NCBI GenBank assembly: GCA_902622845.1
Contig: CACNRI010000003.1
Span: 42,080-106,079, forward strand
From: an uncultured SAR86 cluster bacterium
Lineage (GTDB): Bacteria > Pseudomonadota > Gammaproteobacteria > Magnimaribacterales > D2472
Direction: 5' to 3'
DNA length: 64,000 nucleotides
The notes beneath the pieces are model-generated. The model worked only from the letters and a program-made list of their open reading frames with translations, did not search any database and had not been told where the DNA came from. Shown here piece after piece: positions 57,342-64,000 of this stretch (position 1 is the first letter of the stretch; every line of letters begins with the position of its first letter). Made by a program: the position numbers and the translations under genes.

Positions 57342-57656
57342 CTAATCATAAATTGGTTTTACTATACTAATCAATGGATGATCATTAATTTTAGCAAGGT
57401 TATTAACTTCATAAGATTTTGTTTCTGCTAAGTCCTTAGTGAATATTCCACATGATGCTTCACCTTCGTTATGAACCTTAAGCATAATTTCATTTGCTTG
57501 CTGATCTGTATGATTAAAAATTTCTTTTAAAACATAAACAACAAAATCCATAGGAGTAAAATCATCATTTAATAAAATGACATCAAACATAGGTGGTTTT
57601 TTTGTTTTAGGTTTTAGTTCTTGGACTTTATTTTCAAACGATGCGATCTCAGACAT
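57342..57656 (-). CDS. clpS: ATP-dependent Clp protease adaptor ClpS
   Basis: PPMFDVILLNDDFTPMDFVVYVLKEIF...ANEIMLKVHNEGEASCG. Confidence 0.95.
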   Translation of the reverse strand: MSEIASFENKVQELKPKTKKPPMFDVILLNDDFTPMDFVVYVLKEIFNHTDQQANEIMLKVHNEGEASCGIFTKDLAETKSYEVNNLAKINDHPLISIVKPIYD

Positions 57657-57665
57657 TAAATCCTT

Positions 57666-58919
57666 TTACATTCTTTTGATCATCTCTTTTGCAAAACCTG
57701 AGCAAGAAACAAGTGTAGCGTTATCCATTAATCTCTCAAAATCATAGGTAACGTATCTATCTTGAATAGTTTTTTCAATTGAGTTTATTAAAAGATCTGC
57801 AGCTTCATTCCAGTTTATATGTCTAAGCATCATTTCAGCGGAAAGAATTAAAGATAATGGGTTTACTTTATCTAGGCCAGCATATTTTGGTGCAGTTCCA
57901 TGTGTAGCTTCAAACATCGCAGCTTCATCACCAATATTTGCACCGGGAGCAATACCTATACCACCGACCATAGCCGCTAATGCATCTGAAAGGTAATCAC
58001 CATTTAAATTCATTGTTGCAATAACATCATATTCTCTTGGTCTTAATAGTATTTGCTGTAAAAAAGCATCGCATATAACATCTTTTACTATTATTTTTCT
58101 TCCGTTGTTGGGATTAATAAAGTAATGCCATGGACCACCATCAAGATCATCCCCATCAAATTCTTCTCTACAAAGCTCATAACCCCAATCTCTAAATGCA
58201 CCTTCAGTAAATTTCATAATATTTCCTTTGTGCACCAGAGTGACAGAGGATCTATCTTGTTCAATAGCATATTCAAATGCTCTTTTTACAAGCCTTTTTG
58301 TTCCCTCTTCTGATATTGGTTTTACACCCAATCCAACATTTTGTGGGAATCTTATCTGATCGACATTGAATTTATCTTGAAGTATTTTGACTAATTCTGC
58401 TGATTCATTTGAGTCAGAAGCAAACTCTACACCAGCATAAATATCCTCTGAGTTTTCTCTAAAGATTACCATATCAACATCACCTGGAACTTTTACTGGA
58501 CTAGGAACACCAGTAAACCATCTAACCGGACGTAAACATACATACAAATCAAGAATTTGTCTTAATGAAACATTTAATGATCTTATCCCTCCACCAACTG
58601 GCGTTGTTAAAGGTCCTTTAATACTTACAACATATTCACGAAGAGCTTCTAAGGTCTCATCTGGTAACCATTCATCTTTACCATAAACTTTAGTAGATTT
58701 TTCACCGCAATATATTTCCATCCAAGATATAGATTTTTCATCTCCATAAGCTTTTTCAACAGCAGCATTAACAACATCAATCATAGCCGGTGTTATGTCT
58801 GAACCAATACCATCCCCCTCTATAAATGGAATTATTGGATTATTAGGAACTGTCAAAACTCCATCTTTTAATGTAATTTTTTCACCTGATTCAGGAATTT
58901 TTATATTTTTGTAACTCAA
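57666..58919 (-). CDS. icd: isocitrate dehydrogenase (NADP), TTG-initiated
   Basis: [44 protein letters not shown]. No in-frame ATG upstream of residue ~50. TTG at 58919 follows AAGGA by 6 nt and matches the E. coli N-terminal length; the track start is TTG at 58943. Confidence 0.93.
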   Translation of the reverse strand: MSYKNIKIPESGEKITLKDGVLTVPNNPIIPFIEGDGIGSDITPAMIDVVNAAVEKAYGDEKSISWMEIYCGEKSTKVYGKDEWLPDETLEALREYVVSIKGPLTTPVGGGIRSLNVSLRQILDLYVCLRPVRWFTGVPSPVKVPGDVDMVIFRENSEDIYAGVEFASDSNESAELVKILQDKFNVDQIRFPQNVGLGVKPISEEGTKRLVKRAFEYAIEQDRSSVTLVHKGNIMKFTEGAFRDWGYELCREEFDGDDLDGGPWHYFINPNNGRKIIVKDVICDAFLQQILLRPREYDVIATMNLNGDYLSDALAAMVGGIGIAPGANIGDEAAMFEATHGTAPKYAGLDKVNPLSLILSAEMMLRHINWNEAADLLINSIEKTIQDRYVTYDFERLMDNATLVSCSGFAKEMIKRM

Positions 58920-59004
58920 TTTATATCCTTTAATATTTAACAAATTTTGTGTTGCAAATTATACTCCTTATAAAAATTATTTTAATAGATAATAAAAAAT
59001 AAAT

Positions 59005-60090
59005 ATGTCCAATAAAACAGTAGTTGTAGGTATGTCTGGTGGGGTGGATTCATCTGTTTCAGCATATCTATTAAAAAAACAGGGATTTAAGGTAATTGGA
59101 TTATTTATGAAAAATTGGCAATCTGAACCAGGAGAAGTTTGCACATCTGAAATTGATTTCAAAGATGCCTCTGAAGTTTGCGATATGCTTGATATTCCCC
59201 TTCACAAAGCTAACTTTTCGGATGATTACTGGGATAGAGTTTTTAAACAATTTCTTTCAGAGCATGAAAAAGGACGTACTCCTAATCCAGATATTCTATG
59301 CAACAGAGAAATAAAGTTTAAATCTTTTTATGATTATGCTTTAAAGATAGGGGCTGACTTCATAGCTACCGGGCATTATGCAAAAGTTGAAAATGATGGT
59401 GGAGAAGCAAAGCTATATAGGTCTAAAGATATTGATAAAGATCAAACCTATTTTTTGCATGAAGTTAGTTCTAAGGAATTTAGTAAAACTATATTCCCTC
59501 TTTCTGATATCTATAAATCTGAAGTAAGGGATATAGCTAGAGAACTAAATTTAAATATACATTCAAAAAAAGATTCAGTAGGTATATGTTTCGTAGGCGA
59601 AAAGAATTTAAGGGATTTCTTAAATAGATTCATTAAATTTAAGAAAGGTAATATTTTAAATATTGATAATGAGATTGTCGGTGAGCATAACGGATCTATT
59701 CTATACACAATTGGACAGAGACAAGGGTTAGGAATCGGTGGGATCAAAGATAAAGATGAACTGCCTTGGTATGTTTATGGAAAGAATATAAATAAAAATG
59801 AGATATATGTATGCCAAGGAGTAGATAATCAACTTCTCTACACTGAAAATATCACACTAGATAAGATTCACTGGATAAATGATTTAAAAAAGTTTAAACA
59901 TTTAGATTGCTTAGTACAGATTAGGCATCGCCATAAGCCAGTAAAATGTATTATTGAATTTAATAAAGTATTTAGAGTTATGTTTGATGAAGAAATCCGT
60001 GGTGTAGCGCCTGGTCAATCAGCTGTCTTTTATAAAGATAACTTATGTTTGGGCGGCGGTGTTATTGAAGCAAGAAATAATGATTTATAA
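59005..60090 (+). CDS. mnmA: tRNA 2-thiouridine(34) synthase
   Basis: VVVGMSGGVDSSVSA PP-loop, NPDILCN, ATGHYA. Confidence 0.95.
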   Translation: MSNKTVVVGMSGGVDSSVSAYLLKKQGFKVIGLFMKNWQSEPGEVCTSEIDFKDASEVCDMLDIPLHKANFSDDYWDRVFKQFLSEHEKGRTPNPDILCNREIKFKSFYDYALKIGADFIATGHYAKVENDGGEAKLYRSKDIDKDQTYFLHEVSSKEFSKTIFPLSDIYKSEVRDIARELNLNIHSKKDSVGICFVGEKNLRDFLNRFIKFKKGNILNIDNEIVGEHNGSILYTIGQRQGLGIGGIKDKDELPWYVYGKNINKNEIYVCQGVDNQLLYTENITLDKIHWINDLKKFKHLDCLVQIRHRHKPVKCIIEFNKVFRVMFDEEIRGVAPGQSAVFYKDNLCLGGGVIEARNNDL

Positions 60091-60098
60091 TTCTAAAC

Positions 60099-61445
60099 GT
60101 GAATAACTCAATTAATAATTTATCCCCTTTAGACGGTAGATATTCTAAAAAAGTTTCTGAAATTACTGAGCTTTTTAGTGAAAAAGCACTTATCCAAAAA
60201 AGGTTTATCATCGAAATTGAATGGTTGCTATTTGTTTTAAATGAAAGTTTTTATAAAACTACAAAAATATCAAAGGTTGATATAAATAAGATAAACAAAT
60301 TTAAAAATAATTTTGATCAGTCATATGCAAAGAAAATTAAATCTATTGAAAATAAAACCAATCATGATGTTAAAGCTGTTGAATATTTTATAAATGATTA
60401 TTTTAAGAAAAATAAACTTAAAAAATTTATTCCTTATGTTCATTTAGGTTTAACTTCAGAGGATGTTAATTCTCTTGCTTATGCGCTAATGATAAGAGAA
60501 ATAAAAGATGAAACTATCGTTTCAATTAATACGCTGAACAAAGAGTTAAAATCTTTAGCAACTAAATATAAGAAAATATCATTTTTAGCACGAACTCATG
60601 GTCAGCCTGCGTCCCCTTCTACGCTTGGTAAAGAAATACTTGTATTTAATAAAAGACTTGAAAGACAGACTGATCAGCTAAAAAGTATTAATCCTATGGC
60701 GAAATGGGGAGGAGCTACAGGAAACTATCATACAATTCTTTTAGCTAATAAAAATAAAGATCCAGTTAAGATAGCAACAAAATTTATTAGAAAGTTCAAA
60801 GTTGAACATAATGTGGTCACCACACAAATTGAACCACATGATTGGATAGCTGAAACGTGTCATGTCCTTATCAGGGTTAATAACATTGTGAATGATCTTA
60901 ATAATGATATGTGGATGTATATTGCTAATGATATTTTTATCTTAAAAACAATAAAAGATGAGGTTGGATCATCAACAATGCCTCATAAAGTCAATCCAAT
61001 AGATTTTGAAAACTCTGAAGGAAATATAGGCCTAGCAAACTCTATGCTTAATTTTTTTGCTGAAAAACTTCCAATATCTAGATTGCAAAGAGATTTAAGT
61101 GATTCAACTACATTGAGAAATATAGGTGTTGCTTTTGGTTATTCTGTAATTTCTTATAAGTCAACTTTAAAAGGATTACAGAAAATAACTCCAAATAAAA
61201 ATAAAATAAATGAAGAGCTAGATAATAACTGGATTGTTTTAAGTGAAGCTGTGCAGACAATAATGCGCTTAGAAAATATAGAGAATGCATATGAAAAACT
61301 TAAAGATTTAACAAGAGGCAAAAATCTTAATAAGGAACAATATCTTGAATTTGTAGAAAATTTAGATGTTACACAAAAGAACAAAGACTATTTAAAAAGT
61401 CTAAATCCGAGAAACTATATTGGAGTTGCTCCAAAACTTAAATAA
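60099..61445 (+). CDS. purB: adenylosuccinate lyase
   Basis: LSPLDGRY, TSEDVN, GSSTMPHKVNP signature. GTG start. Confidence 0.95.
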   Translation: MNNSINNLSPLDGRYSKKVSEITELFSEKALIQKRFIIEIEWLLFVLNESFYKTTKISKVDINKINKFKNNFDQSYAKKIKSIENKTNHDVKAVEYFINDYFKKNKLKKFIPYVHLGLTSEDVNSLAYALMIREIKDETIVSINTLNKELKSLATKYKKISFLARTHGQPASPSTLGKEILVFNKRLERQTDQLKSINPMAKWGGATGNYHTILLANKNKDPVKIATKFIRKFKVEHNVVTTQIEPHDWIAETCHVLIRVNNIVNDLNNDMWMYIANDIFILKTIKDEVGSSTMPHKVNPIDFENSEGNIGLANSMLNFFAEKLPISRLQRDLSDSTTLRNIGVAFGYSVISYKSTLKGLQKITPNKNKINEELDNNWIVLSEAVQTIMRLENIENAYEKLKDLTRGKNLNKEQYLEFVENLDVTQKNKDYLKSLNPRNYIGVAPKLK

Positions 61446-61500
61446 ATGTTTATATTTCGAGCATAAAATATTATTATGGAAAACCTTTTGAGGTATCAAT

Positions 61501-63084
61501 ATGAAAAAATATAGCGATCTTATTAAAGAGATTAAGAATTCTGAAAATTTTAAAAATTCTTCATGGGAATCTATTAATCCCGAATATGTTGCAAGGATGC
61601 AACTTCAAAACAGATTTAAGTCTGGGATTGAAATAGCTAAATATAATTCTGCGATCATGAGAAAAGATATGGATGATTATGATAGTGATTCATCAAAATA
61701 TACTCAGTCCCTTGGTTGTTGGCATGGCTTTATAGGGCAACAAAAATTAATATCAATAAAAAAACACTTTGATACTAACGATAAAAAATATCTTTACCTT
61801 TCAGGTTGGATGATAGCAGCTCTTAGATCACAATTTGGACCTCTGCCAGATCAATCGATGCATGAGAAAACTTCTGTTGCTAGTTTGATAAACGAACTCT
61901 ATACATTCTTAAGACAGGCTGATGCAAGAGAGCTTGGTGAGCTCTTTAGAGAGTTAGATGAAGCAAGTGATGAAAATGATAGAAAAGAAATTATCAACAA
62001 AATAGATAATTTTCAAACTCATGTTGTTCCTATCATTGCAGATATAGATGCAGGATTTGGTAATGAAGAAGCTACATACTTAATGGCAAAGCAAATGATA
62101 GAAGCTGGTGCATGTGCGATTCAAATAGAAAATCAGGTATCAGATGAAAAACAATGCGGACATCAGGATGGGAAAGTAACTGTTCCTCATGCTGAATTTT
62201 TAGCAAAAATTAATGCTGTTAGATATGCATTTCTAGAGCTTGGTGTTGATGATGGTGTTATAGTAGCCAGAACAGACTCTCTTGGCGCTGGATTAACTGC
62301 AAAAATTGCAATCACAAAAGAAGTTGGTGACTTGGGTGACCAATATAACTCTTTCTTGGATACAGAAGAAGTTAATGAAACAGATATTAAACATGGAGAT
62401 GTGATGATTAATCATCATGGAAAAATTGTTAGACCAAAAAGATTACCTTCGAATCTTTATAAATTTAAAGAAGGTACAGGTGAAGCTAGGTGTATTTTAG
62501 ATTCGATAACAAGCCTACAAAGCGGCGCTGATTTAATTTGGATTGAAACAGAAAAACCACATATAGGACAAATTGCAGAGATGATGTATGAAATTAAGAA
62601 AGTTGTCCCTAATGCAAAGCTTGTTTATAACAACAGTCCGTCATTCAATTGGACTCTTAATTTTAGACAGCAAGTCTTTGATGCATGGGAACAAGAAGGT
62701 AAGGACGTAACACAATATGAAAAAGATGATTTGATGGCTGAAAAATATGATTCTACAGAACTAGCAATTGAGGCCGATGAAAAAATAAGAACATTTCAGG
62801 CTGATGCTGCAAAAGAAGCAGGTATCTTTCATCACCTAATAACACTTCCTACATATCATACTGCTGCCCTTTCTACAGATAATCTAGCTAAAGCATATTT
62901 TGGTGATGACGGTATGTTAGGTTATGTTAAAAACGTTCAAAGGCAAGAGATTAGACAAGGTATTGCCTGCGTCAAGCATCAAAATATGGCCGGTTCAGAT
63001 ATGGGCGATGATCATAAAGAATATTTTGCTGGTGAGGCTGCTCTAAAAGCTGCCGGTAAAGATAATACTATGAATCAGTTTTAA
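61501..63084 (+). CDS. aceA: isocitrate lyase (long, ~530-aa form)
   Basis: IADIDAGFGN, IENQVSDEKQCGHQDGK (KxCGH motif), PSFNW. Confidence 0.95.
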   Translation: MKKYSDLIKEIKNSENFKNSSWESINPEYVARMQLQNRFKSGIEIAKYNSAIMRKDMDDYDSDSSKYTQSLGCWHGFIGQQKLISIKKHFDTNDKKYLYLSGWMIAALRSQFGPLPDQSMHEKTSVASLINELYTFLRQADARELGELFRELDEASDENDRKEIINKIDNFQTHVVPIIADIDAGFGNEEATYLMAKQMIEAGACAIQIENQVSDEKQCGHQDGKVTVPHAEFLAKINAVRYAFLELGVDDGVIVARTDSLGAGLTAKIAITKEVGDLGDQYNSFLDTEEVNETDIKHGDVMINHHGKIVRPKRLPSNLYKFKEGTGEARCILDSITSLQSGADLIWIETEKPHIGQIAEMMYEIKKVVPNAKLVYNNSPSFNWTLNFRQQVFDAWEQEGKDVTQYEKDDLMAEKYDSTELAIEADEKIRTFQADAAKEAGIFHHLITLPTYHTAALSTDNLAKAYFGDDGMLGYVKNVQRQEIRQGIACVKHQNMAGSDMGDDHKEYFAGEAALKAAGKDNTMNQF

Positions 63085-63250
63085 TACAATCACCCTGTTC
63101 TTTTCCACAAAACTCGCAAGGTGCACCTTCCTCAAAGGTTGAGAGGCCACCGCATGAACCTTGCAAAGGTTTATTATTAAGAATAAAACCAGCAGCAAGG
63201 CCACAAATTGCAAGCGCAAAGACTAAAGATGCGATTAATACCTCACTCAT
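63068..63250 (-). CDS. nqrM: (Na+)-NQR maturation protein NqrM
   Basis: 60 aa, one TM, then GSCGG...CEFCG Cys cluster. Immediately downstream of apbE. Confidence 0.8.
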   Translation of the reverse strand: MSEVLIASLVFALAICGLAAGFILNNKPLQGSCGGLSTFEEGAPCEFCGKEQGDCIKTDS

Positions 63251-64000
63251 AATTCATATTTTGCCATGATTTTGATTCAAAATACTTAATTAAGCCATCA
63301 CTAATATAAATAATCTTAACTTTTATACCTAATGATTCTGATAACTCTACAGACTCATCAAGTGACATAATGTTAAATGCTGTTGCAAATGCATCAGCTC
63401 TACTAACTGACGATTCATCTAAAACAGTTACGGAAAGTACATTATTGTCTTTAGATTTAGTAATTCTTGGATCTATAGAATGAGATACTAGCTCACCATC
63501 AAGATACTTAAAGTTTAAATAATCACCAGAAGTTGCAACACCGATGAATTTACTAGAGTTAGTCACTGTAAATGAAACATTTTGCTGCAAAGATTGAGGG
63601 TCTTGAATACCAATAGTCCAAACACCATTTTTAGATGATCCATTAGCTGCAATCTCACCACCTATATCAATTAAATAATTATTAAAATTATTTGCTAAGA
63701 GATAATCAGAAATTGCATCTACAGCATAACCCTTAGCTACTGATGATAGGTCAAAAACAACATCTTTGTATTTAGAAATACTTTTATTTTTATCATCAAT
63801 CGAAAACTTTAAGGAATAGGATTCAAATACATACTGATTATCAAGAAATAAATTAGGGCCAAACCCAAGCTTATTTACAAGAGAACCTACTGTTATGTCG
63901 TATACACCATTAGTTTTATCTGAAACATCCAATGCAATCTTAATAATTTCATACAGTTCATCTGAAAGAAAAAACTCTTTATCGATATCATAAAAATTTA
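63243..64000 (-). CDS. apbE: FAD:protein FMN transferase ApbE (N-terminus beyond the window edge)
   Basis: The frame stays open to position 64000 upstream of the track's TTG start (...LSDELYEIIKIALDVSDKTNGVYDITVGSLVNKLGFGP). IDIGGE, ATSGDY and ADAFATA blocks. Confidence 0.85.
   Translation of the reverse strand, partial: NFYDIDKEFFLSDELYEIIKIALDVSDKTNGVYDITVGSLVNKLGFGPNLFLDNQYVFESYSLKFSIDDKNKSISKYKDVVFDLSSVAKGYAVDAISDYLLANNFNNYLIDIGGEIAANGSSKNGVWTIGIQDPQSLQQNVSFTVTNSSKFIGVATSGDYLNFKYLDGELVSHSIDPRITKSKDNNVLSVTVLDESSVSRADAFATAFNIMSLDESVELSESLGIKVKIIYISDGLIKYFESKSWQNMNYE

Noticed and set aside
1-64000. CRISPR arrays, tandem repeats, IS elements, prophage or defence-system genes
   Set aside because: Reading through all intergenic spacers (none longer than ~125 nt except 15361-15663, which holds small ORFs) showed no repeat-spacer structure. 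No ORF translation shows nuclease, helicase, integrase or transposase signatures.

Overview
AT-rich (about one-third G+C by eye), extremely compact bacterial chromosome segment. I call about 70 protein genes and one tRNA-Ser(UGA). I see no rRNA, CRISPR array, transposase, integrase or phage genes. Summing the gaps between my calls gives roughly 1.5 kb of non-coding DNA in 64 kb. Gene order is gammaproteobacterial: clpS-clpA abutting infA, icd divergent from mnmA-purB, lolC-lolD-exbB-exbD-msbA/lpxK-kdsB-murB, and nqrM-apbE. Composition and compaction suggest a streamlined marine lineage; SAR86-like is only a guess. Most of the window is housekeeping: trpS, hemH, etfBA plus ETF-QO, thiD, cysE/cysK, icd, aceA, purB, mnmA, clpAS, infA, and the Lol, lipid A, Kdo and murein genes. 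I found no convincing defence or mobile system. The observations most worth a second look are listed here. (1) An in-frame MsbA-LpxK fusion sits inside a translationally coupled envelope-biogenesis gene train, together with a TonB-less ExbB/ExbD pair and a single LolC/E permease. (2) A bidirectional ten-gene locus (4240-13697) combines two GSTs, a secreted GGT, a secreted arylsulfatase, an MBL hydrolase, a VOC dioxygenase-like protein, an FAH-family hydrolase and an FAD aromatic hydroxylase. (3) A Cys-rich lipoprotein carries a cadherin-like module and an M64-like HELGHSxxxxxDEY motif, followed by a small unknown partner. (4) An OadA/5S-type carboxyltransferase ends exactly where the biotinyl domain should begin. 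(5) Unannotated small two-TM ORFs cluster next to the tRNA, two of them joined to the downstream gene by TTGA overlaps. (6) Six of eleven convergent gene pairs overlap at their 3' ends, and only two intrinsic terminators are recognisable. All functional calls come from reading the translations and motifs by eye; no database search was run.
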